Source: Eledone cirrhosa (lineage: Eukaryota). From it: DNA of 64,000 nucleotides. The stretch lies in assembly GCA_964016885.1 (NCBI GenBank), contig OZ024743.1, positions 278,194,001 to 278,258,000 of the forward strand. Direction: 5' to 3'. Numbering within the stretch: the stretch's first letter is position 1; every line of letters starts with the position of its first letter. A program made the translations under genes and the position numbers. Below the pieces are notes generated by a model. The model was given only the letters and a program-made list of their open reading frames with translations, ran no database searches and was not told where the DNA came from. Of this stretch, positions 38,863-51,200 are shown piece after piece.

Positions 38863-41800
38863 TCCCCTGTTAACTTGAGAGAGAAAAGGGAAGGTGGTGG
38901 TAGCACTAGACAAGAGAGAGGCTAGCAAAAGATATAAATAGATTGACTTGGTAACCTTGCCACGGACAAATGTCTACATCAACAATTATGGGACTGCTGG
39001 CTCACCCCTTCCTCACCAACAATATAAAAAGCCCCGGCACCACCACCGACATAGCCAGCAGCAATAACAGCCAACTACAACAAAAAGTATATTATATTAT
39101 TGTAATGCACTGGGTGATTGCTGGCCTGGAGTGGAGACAATTATTAATAATTTCATTCTTAAGCCACGCAATGCTCACATTAAGGAACCACTCATGATAA
39201 TAACAATTTAAAAAAAACAACAAAAAGAAAACCCCGTGACCAAGAAATACCGGGATGGCGGCCGGCGGGGAATAGCCATGTCTCTAGGGGAGAACGACCC
39301 CTCTAGTCTTGGTTGACACTCGTTCTAGAAGTGGTAACACGAAAAGATTACCCCTTGGCGGATAAGGATAAAACGCGACAAAATAAAGTAGATGTCTAAT
39401 GATGAAATCTCATACCGGATCGGCCGTCACCCGGGTAAAAAAGGGTCGCGTCCCTCAGAGAGGAACCAGACTGGGGTCGAAAAATCAGCTAATGGTTCAA
39501 ACCTTCCCATCACTTCGGAGCTGGAGACCTCCCATAACCGGAATACTCCTACTGTTGGCCCTCCATGCTCACCACCAAGAAATCCAAAGAAAAAGAGAGA
39601 AAAATGGTCAAGGGAAGATAATAAAGAAGTCCTTGAGGCTTTCTACACTGCCATGTACTACCCATCAAATACATCGAATACAGAGCAAACATATATCAAC
39701 TGGAAAAAGAAACATCCCGAAAACAGAGGCTATATTGACAGTAACAAACTAGCCAATATACGAAGAAATATTGTAAGAAAAAAGTTACTAACTGATATAG
39801 AAATTGATCAGATCAAGCTAGTAGCACAAAGTCAGCGAAGGGAAAATGAAGCATGTGTCAGTGAAAACGAGGTAAACTGTAACACTTCGAATCCCAGAGT
39901 TGGGGCGGAATCACTGGCAACAGAACAAATTAAAGAAAGGAGCGAAAAAGTGGAGGGAGTGCATGCTCAGGATGAAACTCCAAATGAAAATAATGAGATC
40001 GTAAATGATAAAGAAATGAATGAGAATGAACTTGCCAACTTGAAGGATGAAATTATGATCGAATGGATGAAAATGAAAGAATCTGACATGGGGGAACGAG
40101 ACACCCTCCCTAAGATCCAGAACTCCAAACAGAACCAAAAGATAATACACAAGACAAACATAATTCTCAAAAACATTATCATCACAAACAAACTAAGCAT
40201 TACTGACTTAAATCATCTCTATTATGCATCGGCTAAAGTCACCACTCACTTATGTGGAGTGAAGATGAAAAAACAAAGGAATTCCCACAAGAAATCTACT
40301 TGGCAAGATAACATCAATCGCCAAATAAACCTTCTCCGATCTGACATAGAAATTTTAACAAACTATAAAGTAGGTGAACATGTTAAACAAACTAAACTTA
40401 GAAAATTGAAAAAAAAGTACAGTATAAGATCAACATGTGACATAGACATGCTGATAGAAACAATCAAGCAAAAAGTGTCGGCCAAAGCTGCTCGTATAAG
40501 GCGCTTTGAAAAACGATCTAGATTCTATAAGGACAATAATATGTTCAAAAACAACCAAAGAAACTTCTACAGAAAAATTGGTAAGTCAACAATAACTGCT
40601 AAATCAATACCACCCAAGGAGGAAGTGCAAGAATTCTGGGAAAAGATCTGGGCCGAAGAAAAAGTTCATAACATACATGCCCCATGGATAGACAGACAAA
40701 TGAAAGAAACAGCTCACCTTGAAGAACAAACATGGGAAAATATAACAGTTGAACAGCTGCGCTTGGCTCTAAGAAAAACCAGCAAATGGAAATCCCCAGG
40801 AAAAGACAAAATACAAAACTTTTGGATAAATGCCTTCACAGAGTCTCATGAGCTGTTAGCCCAACTTTACAATGAAATAGTTAAGGAGCCAGAAAAGATA
40901 CCATCATGGCTAGTTAACGGCATTACATTCCTGCTACCGAAGAATGATGAGACAAACAATCCCAAAAATTACAGACCGATAACCTGCTTGACCACAATGT
41001 ATAAAATTTTAACATCAGTCCTAACTGAATACACATATGACCACCTGATAACAAATGACCTATTTCCCATTGAGCAGAAAGGGTGTAAACGAGGCTCATA
41101 TGGCTGTAAGGATCAGCTTCTGGTTAACAAAATGATACTGGAAGATTGTCATAATAGACACAAAAATCTATCGATTGCTTGGATAGATTATAAAAAAGCA
41201 TTTGATAGTTTGCCACACAGTTGGATTGAAAAATGTTTAGAGATTTTCAAAATATCCCCCGTTATCAGGAGGTTTTTGTCATTCAGTATGAGGACATGGA
41301 GAACGACACTCCTTTTGAATAGTGAAACAAAATCACTGGAAGCTGGAGAAGTTAACATTAATTGTGGAATTTTTCAGGGTGACTCTTTATCACCGCTTTT
41401 ATTCTGCATCGCACTTATACCATTAAGTAAAATGCTCAATGAAACAAAACATGGATATAGAGTCTATGACAAAACCATTAATCACCTGTTCTACATGGAT
41501 GACCTGAAACTATTTGCAAAAAATGATGAACAATTGCAAGGGCTATTATCCACTGTGAAGCAGTTCAGTGATGACATTAAAATGGAGTTTGGACTGGATA
41601 AATGCGCCAAAGCAACGTTCACCAGAGGAAAGCTGCTGAAGAGTTCAGACATTAATCTTGATCGGGGGAACGTGATAAGAGAGCTTGATCAAGAACAAAC
41701 TTACAAATATCTAGGTGTTTGTGAAGGAGACGGAATCAAGCACTCGACAATGAGGGAAAGGATAAGGAAGGAATGTTACCGCAGAGTCAGAGCAATCTTA

Positions 41801-43182
41801 AGAACGGAATTGAATGCAAGGAATAGGATCGATGCCATAAACACGCTTGCCATACCAGTAGTAACCTACAGTTACAATGTCATCAACTGGTCAAGCACAG
41901 AGATCCGTAGGCTCGATACAAAAATCCGAAAATTCTTAACCATGCACAGAATGCATCACCCTAAGGCAGACATAGATAGAATATATCTCCCTAGGAAAGA
42001 AGGAGGACGTGGGTTAATCCAGTTAGACATTGCGTTGAAAACTGCAACAATTGGATTATCCACATATCTAAGGGAATCACATGATTGGATGATCAAACTC
42101 GTTTTGAAACACGAAAGCACCAAAAGATCATATTCCATTACAAAAGATGCACAAAGATACAGTAATGGACTACAAATTTCAGAAGTCCCATTTACTGCTG
42201 AAATGGAAAACACAGAAAAAGCAAAGCAGGTAAAAGTAACTGCAAAGAAAGAACTGCTACAGAAACTGGCTAAGAAATGGCAAGAAAAGCCTCTGTATGG
42301 AAAATACCCAGAGCGAGCTAACAATCCTGATGTTGACAAAACTTTAACCCATCAGTGGTTGGCATCCTCTGGACTGAAATCGGAGACTGAAGGACTGATT
42401 ATATCCGCACAAGATCAGTGTCTGCCAACAAAAAATTACCAAGCCAACATAATAAAAAATGGGTGCAGCCCATTATGCCGTGTATGCAAAAAACAACCAG
42501 AGACCATTGACCATATAATTTCAATGTGCAGTCCTATAGCTCCAACCGAATACCTAAACAGGCATGACAGAGCTGCACAATACATACATTGGATAATGTG
42601 CAAGCATTTTGACCTGCCCCATCAAAAGAATTGGTGGGAGCATCAACCACCTCCCATACTTGAAAAAGATCACATCTCAATCTTGTGGAACTTTAGCATC
42701 CAAACAGACCGAAAAATAGATGCAAATAGACCTGATATAATATTGAAGGACTTTCAAAGGAGGGTATGCCTGCTAATTGATATGTCTGTTCCAATAGACA
42801 AGAATGTATCTATAAAAACATTTGAAAAATTGAGCAAGTATAAGGACCTGGAGATAGAAATTGGAAAAATGTGGAAATTGAGAACTAAAACAATACCAGT
42901 GGTTGTAGGCGCTCTGGGAATGATACCTAAGGGGTCTAACGACTACTTATCGCAAATCCCAGGAAACCCGCGTATAGGAGAAATACAAAAGATAGTACTA
43001 ATGGGAACTGCCCATATACTAAGGAAGATCCTGTCAATATAAGTACATCACAAGTCTAAACACTAAGGATGCATGTGTGAATATGTGTGTTCTTACTTGA
43101 ACATGGCGGACCTTGTTGTCTCTTGAGGTCACTGGTTGTGACTTGGTGATAACTCGTATAAACATAAAGCAAGATAAATGCA

Positions 43183-43183
<1 letters not shown>
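38862..43183 (+). mobile_element. R4/Dong family B, apparently full-length and intact
   Basis: 530-bp leader, intact ORF, ~140-bp 3' UTR; TAA tracts on both sides. Confidence 0.92.
39392..43042 (+). CDS. Reverse transcriptase + CCHC finger + restriction-like endonuclease, 1216 aa (Dong family B)
   Basis: WKSPGKD, NYRPITCL, DYKKAFD, GIFQGDSLSP, YMDD, CRVC..ETIDHIISMC, RHD, RPDII..D..KLSKY. Confidence 0.93.
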   Translation: MSNDEISYRIGRHPGKKGSRPSERNQTGVEKSANGSNLPITSELETSHNRNTPTVGPPCSPPRNPKKKREKWSREDNKEVLEAFYTAMYYPSNTSNTEQTYINWKKKHPENRGYIDSNKLANIRRNIVRKKLLTDIEIDQIKLVAQSQRRENEACVSENEVNCNTSNPRVGAESLATEQIKERSEKVEGVHAQDETPNENNEIVNDKEMNENELANLKDEIMIEWMKMKESDMGERDTLPKIQNSKQNQKIIHKTNIILKNIIITNKLSITDLNHLYYASAKVTTHLCGVKMKKQRNSHKKSTWQDNINRQINLLRSDIEILTNYKVGEHVKQTKLRKLKKKYSIRSTCDIDMLIETIKQKVSAKAARIRRFEKRSRFYKDNNMFKNNQRNFYRKIGKSTITAKSIPPKEEVQEFWEKIWAEEKVHNIHAPWIDRQMKETAHLEEQTWENITVEQLRLALRKTSKWKSPGKDKIQNFWINAFTESHELLAQLYNEIVKEPEKIPSWLVNGITFLLPKNDETNNPKNYRPITCLTTMYKILTSVLTEYTYDHLITNDLFPIEQKGCKRGSYGCKDQLLVNKMILEDCHNRHKNLSIAWIDYKKAFDSLPHSWIEKCLEIFKISPVIRRFLSFSMRTWRTTLLLNSETKSLEAGEVNINCGIFQGDSLSPLLFCIALIPLSKMLNETKHGYRVYDKTINHLFYMDDLKLFAKNDEQLQGLLSTVKQFSDDIKMEFGLDKCAKATFTRGKLLKSSDINLDRGNVIRELDQEQTYKYLGVCEGDGIKHSTMRERIRKECYRRVRAILRTELNARNRIDAINTLAIPVVTYSYNVINWSSTEIRRLDTKIRKFLTMHRMHHPKADIDRIYLPRKEGGRGLIQLDIALKTATIGLSTYLRESHDWMIKLVLKHESTKRSYSITKDAQRYSNGLQISEVPFTAEMENTEKAKQVKVTAKKELLQKLAKKWQEKPLYGKYPERANNPDVDKTLTHQWLASSGLKSETEGLIISAQDQCLPTKNYQANIIKNGCSPLCRVCKKQPETIDHIISMCSPIAPTEYLNRHDRAAQYIHWIMCKHFDLPHQKNWWEHQPPPILEKDHISILWNFSIQTDRKIDANRPDIILKDFQRRVCLLIDMSVPIDKNVSIKTFEKLSKYKDLEIEIGKMWKLRTKTIPVVVGALGMIPKGSNDYLSQIPGNPRIGEIQKIVLMGTAHILRKILSI

Positions 43184-43220
<37 letters not shown>

Positions 43221-43221
<1 letters not shown>

Positions 43222-45589
43222 TCTGGAGAGGAATATGGGAGCAGGATGTTAGACACAATGCCCAGGCAGGGTGGATTGAGACAGTACAGAGGGAGATCGG
43301 TGAGCAGGCACAGCAACAGACTGATTTGAGTATCACAGTTGAAACTCTTAAGGGGCAAGCCAAAAAACTAACCACCTGGAAATCACCAGGCCCAGATGGT
43401 GTGCAGGGGTATTGGATTAAACATTTAACATCCCTCCACCCGAAGCTGACGGCCATGCTCAATGACTGCTTGGTGTCGGGTGAGGTGCCAGAGTGGTTGA
43501 CAAAAGGTACCACAGTTCTGATAATGAAAGACCGAATCAAGGGTAATGATGTTACCAACTATAGACCTATCACATGTCTGCCCGTAATGTAGAAACTGTT
43601 GACGAGCATTGTGTCTGAGGAAATCTACCATCACCTCCACACAAACAACTTGTTGCCGGACGAACAGAAAGGATGCCGAAAGAAGTCACATGGTACAAAG
43701 GACCAGTTACTTATTGAAAAGATGGTAATGGGGAATTGCAGGAGGAGACACACTGATCTTGCCATGGGATGGATAGACTACAGAAAGGCATTTGACATGG
43801 TGCCTCATTCCTGGATCACCAAAAGCCTGGAGATCTTCGGGGTGGCAGATAACATCAGACAGTTGCTGGGCAGGAGTATGGGGTCCTGGGAGACAGAGTT
43901 GACATCAACTGGAGTATCCTTGGGAAGCGTGAAGATCAAGAGAGGTATCTTCCAGGGAGATAGCCTGTCCCCTCTGTTGTTTGTCCTTGCCCTGATGCCC
44001 TTGACCATTATGCTGCGAAAAGTGAGAGCAGGATACAAGTTGGGAAGGGGAGAGCTTACCATCAATCACCTCCTCTTCATGGACGATCTTAAGCTCTTCG
44101 GGAAAAGTAAGAAGGAGTTGGATGTGCTTGTTGACACTGTCCGTATTTTCAGCAGTGATATATGTATGCAGTTTGGTATTGGTAAATGTGGAGTCATTGT
44201 GATGAGGAGGGGTAGGTTGAGCAGAAGTAACGGGATCCAGATACCAACAGGTGAGATGATAAAGGAAATTGACTCTGAGGAAGGATACAAGTATTTGGGC
44301 GTTCTGGAGGCTGATGGCATAAAGAACAAAAAAATGAAGGAATTGTTAAGAACTGAATACATTCGGAGAGTAAGGAGCGTATTGAAGTCACATCTGAACA
44401 GCAGAAATGCCATAAGCGCAGTAAATTCCCGAGCTGTGTCTATTATTAGGTACAGTGCGGGAATTCTGAGATGGAATGTTGCTGAACAAAAGGAAATGGA
44501 TAGGAAGACTAGGAAGCTATTGACTATCTACAACATGTTCCACAAGAGGAGTGATGTCGATAGACTCTACCTAAGGAGGTCTGAGGGTGGAAGAGGTCTT
44601 ATCAGCATAGAGGACTGTGTTCAGATGGAGAAAAACAACCTATACAAATACGTGACCTATAGTAAGGAGCCAATGCTCAGAGCTGTACTGAAGGAGGGGA
44701 CAGTAGGCCAGGGGATGTCCAAGGAGGAAATAACATCAAGGAGGAAGAGCAGCCTTAAGGGAAAATCCCTTCATAGTACCTTCTTTGAGAAAACTGAATT
44801 TAGAAATCCACAGACATGGAACTGGTTGAGAAGAGGAGACCTCAAAAAGGCTACAGAAGGAATGCTAATGGCTGCGCAGGAGCAGGCCCTCAAAACGAAG
44901 TGGTTGAAGCACCATATCTACAGGGAGGAGGCTAGCCCACTGTGCAGGATCTGTGGAGAGAGAGAGGAGACTGTGGCTCACATTGTGTCCGAGTGTAAAC
45001 ACCTAGCCCAGACCCACTATAAGGGCTGGAGACACGATGTGATGGGCAGGGTGATCCACTGGCACCTGTGCAAAGTAAACAATCTACCACATTCTGAGAA
45101 ATGGTATGAGCATATGCCAGAGGCGGTGATGGAGAACAGTCAGGTGAAGGTGCTGTGGGATTTTAGGATACAGACGGACAAAAAACTGGAACACAATAGG
45201 CCTGACCTGGTGGTTGTGGACAAAGAAAAAAGATCGTGCCTGATTGTGGATGTGGCCTGCCCGTTCGACACGAGAGTGCAAGAGAAGGAGAGGGAGAAAA
45301 TTAACCGATACCAGGACCTAAAGTGGGAGGTGAAAAGGATTTGGAACTGCCATGAAGTCAAAGTGATCCCGATTGTCATAGGCGCACTGGGGACTATCTC
45401 CAAAGGTTTCCAGGGATGGTTAAAGAAAATCGGCCCCTTCACGCTTTTTGGAACGCTTCAAAAGGCATGCTTGCTTGGAACGGCAAGAACCCTCCGATAC
45501 GTCCTGAATATCTGAGGCTGCAGGTAGTGGCTTGATATTCAATCCAACGGACTTTCCAGTTAACCAACATCAATGACTGAGATTCAAGG
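43221..45589 (+). mobile_element. Dong family A 5'-truncated copy (2.4 kb)
   Basis: Colinear with 28228-30596; stop at 43590; FMDD. Confidence 0.92.
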
Positions 45590-45627
45590 AATAATAATAA
45601 TAATAATGATAATAATAATAATAATAA

Positions 45628-46804
45628 GTGGGTTAATCCAGTTAGACATTGCGTTGAAAACTGCAACAATTGGATTATCTACATATCTAAGGGTATCAGA
45701 TGATTGGATGATCAAACTCGTTTTGAAACACGAAAGGATCAAAAGATCATATTCCATTACAAAAGATGCACAAAGATACAGTAATGGACTACACATTTCA
45801 GAAGTCCCATTTACTGCTGAAATGGAAAACACAGAAAAAGCAAAGCAGGTAAAAGTAACTGCAAAGAAAGAACTGCTACAGAAACTGGCTAAGAAATAGC
45901 AAGAAAAGCCTCTGTATGGAAAATACCCAGAGCGAGCTAACAATCCTGATGTTGACAAAACCTTAACCCATCAGTGGTTGGCATCCTCTGGACTGAAATC
46001 GGAGACTGAAGGACTAATTATATCAGCACAAGATCAGTGTCTGCCAACAAAAAATTACCAAGCCAACATAATAAAAAATGGATGCAACCCATTATGCCGT
46101 GTATGTAAAAAACAACCAGAGACCATTGATCATATAATTTCAATGTGCAGTCCTATAGCTCCAACCGAATACCTAAACAGGCATGACAGAGCTGCACAAT
46201 ACATACATTGGATAATGTGTAAGCATTTTGACCTGCCCCATCAAAAGAATTGGTAGGAGCATCAACCACCTCCCATACTTGAAAAAGATCACATCTCAAT
46301 CTTGTGGAACTTTAGCATCCAAACAGACCGAAAAATAGATGCAAATAGACCTGATATAATATTGAAGGACTTTAAAAAGAGGGTATGCCTGCTAATTGAT
46401 ATGTCTGTTCCAATAGACAAGAATGTATCTATAAAAACATTTGAAAAATTGAGCAAGTATAAGGACCTGGAGATAGAAATTGGAAAAATGTGGTAATTGA
46501 GAACTAAAACAATACCAGTGGTTGTAGGCGCTCTGGGAATGATACCTAAGGGGTCTAATGATTACTTATCGCAAATCCCAGGAAACCCGCGTATAGGAGA
46601 AATACAAAAGATAGTACTAATGGGAACTGCCCATATACTAAGGAAGATTCTGTCAATATATGTACATCACAAGTCTAAACACTAAAGATGCATGTGTGAG
46701 TATGTATGTTCTTTCTTGAACATGGCGGACCTTGTTGTCTCTTGAGGTCACTGGTTGTGACTTGGTGATAACTCGTATGAACATAAAGCAAGATAAATGC
46801 AACT

Positions 46805-46805
<1 letters not shown>
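45628..46805 (+). mobile_element. Dong family B 5'-truncated copy
   Basis: Colinear with 42009-43183; three Trp-to-stop changes. Confidence 0.9.
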
Positions 46806-46873
<68 letters not shown>

Positions 46874-46881
46874 TTAATAAT

Positions 46882-47228
46882 ATTGTGGATGTGGCCTGCC
46901 CATTCGACACGAGAGTGCAAGAGAAAGAGAGGGAGAACATTAACCGATACCAGGACTTAAAGTGGGAGGTAAAAAGGATTTGGAACTGCCATGAAGTCAA
47001 AGTGGTCCATATTGTCATAGGCGCACTAGGTACTATCTCAAAGAGTTTCCAGGGATGGTTAAAGAAAATTGGCCTCGCCCCGCTTTTTGGAACACTTCAA
47101 AAAGCATGCTTGCTGGGAACAGCAAGAAGCCTCCGATACGTCCTGAATATCTGAGGCTGCAGGTAATGGCTTGATATTCATTTCAACAAACTTTCCAGTT
47201 AACCAACATCAATGACTGAGACCCGAAG
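46882..47228 (+). mobile_element. Dong family A 3' fragment
   Basis: IVDVACP...LRYVLNI plus 3' UTR. Confidence 0.9.
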
Positions 47229-47246
47229 AACAATAATAATAATAAT

Positions 47247-48225
47247 AACACAGAAAAAGCAAAGCAGGTAAAAGTAACTGCAAAGAAAGAACTGCTACAG
47301 AAACTGACTAAGAAATGGCAAGAAGAGCCTCTGTATGGAAAATACCCCAAAAGAGCTAACAATCCCGATGTTGACAAAATTTTAACACATCAGTGGTTGG
47401 CATCCTCTGGACTGAAATCGGAGACTGAAGGACTAATTATATCAGCACAAGATCAGTGTCTGCCAACAAAAAATTACCAAGCCAACATAATAAAAAATGG
47501 ATGCAACCCATTATGCCGTGTATGTAAAAAACAACCAGAGACCATTGATTATATAATTTCAATGTACAGTCCTATAGCTCCAACCGAATTCCTTAACAGG
47601 CTCGACAGAGCTGCACAATACATACATTGGATAATGTGTAAGCATTTTGACCTGCCCCATCAAAAGAATTGGTAGGAGCATCAACCACCTCCCGTACTTT
47701 AAAAAGATCACATCTCAATCTTGTGGAACTTTAGCATTCAAACAGACCGAAAAATAGATGCAAATAAACCTGATATAATACTGAAGGACCTTAAAAAGAC
47801 GGTATGCCTGCTAATTGATATGTCCGTTCCAATAGACAAGAATGTATCTATAAAAACATTTGAAAAATTGAGCAAGTATAAAGACCTGGAGATAGAAATT
47901 GGAAAAATGTGGAAATTGAGAACTAAAACAATACTAGTGGTTGTAGGCGCTCTAGGAATGAGACCTAAGGGGTCTAATGACTACTTATCGCAAATCCCAG
48001 GAAACCCGCGTATAGGAGAAATACAAAAGACAGTAATAATGGGAACTGCCCATATACTGAGGAAGATTCTGTCAATATAAGTACATCACAAGTCTAAACA
48101 CCTAAAGATGCATGTGTGTATATGTATATTCTTTCTTGAACATGGCGGACCTTGTTGTCTCTTGAGGTCACTGGTTGTGACTTGGTGATAATTCGTATGA
48201 ACATAAAGCAAGATAAATGCGACTG
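47247..48225 (+). mobile_element. Dong family B 5'-truncated copy
   Basis: Colinear with 42209-43183. Confidence 0.9.
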
Positions 48226-48292
48226 TAATAATAATGATTTCATTTATTGGCCACAAGGGCCGAACAACTGTAATAATAATAATAATAATAAT

Positions 48293-51200
48293 GATTTCAT
48301 TTATTGGCCACAAGGGCCGACCTACAGGGGACAATACAAAAGACTGGGACAGTGGGGTTTTAAAGAAAAATCGAGTAAACTATATCAATAACAATAACAA
48401 AGTAACAATAACAAAATAACAATAAAGTAACAATGAAATTACAAGAAAAAATTCCCCAATAGAGGGGATGACCACCTAGGGTTCGCTCAGGTACCCTACC
48501 AGTCCTGAGCGACCCGACGCTTCGAGAGCCCCTGGAAGGGCACCCCTCTCCTCTTCAAATTTACATACCTACAGCCGCATGACCAGAGTAGGCCCACTCA
48601 GACGGGCCATTCTCGCCACATTCACCCACCTTTCAAAAAATGTACTGGGAGGCAGCACTTCTCTCTCCACCCTCACCTTCCTTTCCAAGTGAAACTTGAA
48701 AAAGTTGATGAGGGATTGGCCGAAGAGAAAAGTGTCTGTCTTCAGTCCTTTCAACCTCGTCCACCATACAACCTCTTTCGCTACTGCCACCAGACAGAGG
48801 AAAATTGCCTGCCCTTCCTGGCCAAACGAAGATGGCGGGTCGATCTTCACTATGGACTCGGCCGATAGCCGGATCCGTTCTACACGCGACAACAGCTGTT
48901 CAACATAACTGCACAAGTCAGTAATGCACGGACACTGGACGAGTGCGTGCAGAACGGTTTCGTCGCTCTGCGTGCATCTCGGGCAGGTCCGACTGACAGC
49001 ACTTCCATGCCTGTAGAGTATATCTCGAACCGGTAGTGCACCCCGGTAGCACTGCCAAGCGAGGGATTTTTGGAAATTATCCATCGTCCCCGGCTCGAAA
49101 GTCCTCCGGCACAGACTGGTTAGTTCGACTTCGTTGACTCCCAGAGCCTCTCCGAGTGCGTCGTCGCACTTTCCCACCACTAATCCTCTATAGAACTCGA
49201 GAGTGGAAGTTCCACTGACCGCATTGCCCGCCTGGTAGAGGGCAGTGAGTGCCTGGCAACATTCCGGATGCCAGTCACCCAGTCTCGGTCTCTTCTTGAC
49301 CCAGGACTGCAACTCAGTCAAAGAAACGAGCTGCGCAAAGGCCCGTCTGACAAACGGCAACCACACCTGTTCACCGTTTAGGCAGAATATCTGGAGATGC
49401 CGCAGCCTCAGCGCGTGCCTGCGCTTCATTAGCCACAGCCTTCCCAGCCCTCCACGTAGAGGGTGCTGGCAGCAGATGGACCGCCTCACCAGCGGAACCT
49501 GACCCCTCCACAAGAATTTGAAGAGGAGCCGCTCCAAGATGGCGAGGCGCGAACGGGGGGAAGGGACGACAGTCAGACGGTAGTAGATGACGGACGCGAT
49601 GTACGCGTTCGCCATCTCCGCCCGACCTTTCAGTGATAGTTTCATCCCAGCCCATTTCTGGGTGAGACTGACTACCCTGCCCGTCACCTCGTCCCAATTC
49701 TTATCCACCTGGAGGTCTGGCCCGAACCAAACCCCTAGCAACTTTACCGGTCCGTCCGTCCAGCGCCTAACGACGCTGTTGAACGGCATGTACGTGCTTC
49801 TCCAGGTGCCGAGTTGCAAGCCTACTGACTTCTCCGGGTTAAGTTTTGCTCCCGTCAACCTTTCATATTCCTCCAATAAGTTGCCGACGACCTCGATTTC
49901 TGAGGTGTCCGATACCATCACGGTGATATCGTCCGCATAAGCTGACACAGACTTTCCGCGTCCCGGTTCGAGCGGAATGCCCTGCAACAGCTCCAGCTTC
50001 CGCAGTAAAGGCTCGAGAGTCAATACATACAGAAGGGAGGAGAGAGGGCACCCTTGACGGACCGATCGGGAGACCTGAAACGGTTCCGAGAGGTGGCCAT
50101 TAATTTTGACCATCGAGCAGGTGCCGTTGTGCATTGCAGCGATCCAGCTTAAGAAAACGGGGCCGAAGCCAGCCGCCTTGAGGACAGCCTCCAGGTACCG
50201 ATGGTCGACCCTATCGAATGAATACGATTGATCTAAATTGATCAGAGCCCCACCGAAGCCAGGTTTACACCCAACCCTCTCTATGATGTATCGCATTAGG
50301 TGGAGGTTGTCGTGTATGGAGCTGGTTGGGATTGCGCAAGATGGCGCCTCCCCAACCAAATCCCCGACGACAAGCGCCAACCTCTTCGCTAACACCCTGG
50401 CCAAGATATTAAACTATGTGTTGAGCAGAGTTATGGGCCTGAAATTGTCTAATGTGTCCCTCTTGTTCTCGTCTTTCCTTATCAGCGTCACTACGCCCCG
50501 GCTCACAGGACTGGGAATACTCCCGTTTTGTTGTCAGTTGCAGTAGAGGGCTTCGAGGATATTGGAGAACAAGTCTGGCATATTTACGTAAAGCTCGTAG
50601 AGCAGACATCCAAACCGGGTGACTTGCGGCTCATGCAGCCGACAAGGGCATCCTGAATCTCAGCTGAAGTAATCGGCCTTTCGCAGCGCCCAGCGTCAGC
50701 CGTCTAGAGTTGCGGCAAGCCATCGAGGTAGGGACTGAAGTCCGCCACCTAATCTGACCCGCCACTTCCCCAGAACAACGGAGCAAAATGTTGACGAAAG
50801 GCCTCACACAACCTCTTATAATCGCTCAGCTCGTGCCCGTCTGGGTCCGTCAAAGACCGAATCGTGGTTTTATTTCCACGCTGCGCCTCTGCCAGGCGGG
50901 CCCATCGAACAGCTTTGTTTCCCTCGTTTCTCAGAGCACGCCTCTTAGCTCTGACAATGCAACCTTCGTGTTTCGCATTGAAGAAATTGTCTAATGCCAT
51001 TCTCGCCGCTAGCACATCAGTTGCAATGCCACTACCAATAGCCTCGTCTAACTTATCCCCCTCCTTTCTATTTTTCTGTAATGCTACTTCTTTGCTAAAC
51101 TCTATCGACATTACTCTAATCTCTCTTTTGAGAGCCCCCCCCCCCACCACCTACTGTTGACGACTCCCCCTGTCAACTTTTTCTTAACTAAATTGTTGAC

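Noticed and set aside
36539-48292. CRISPR-like repeat-spacer appearance
   Set aside because: The repeats are variable TAA tracts and the intervening pieces are retrotransposon 3' fragments; no cas genes.
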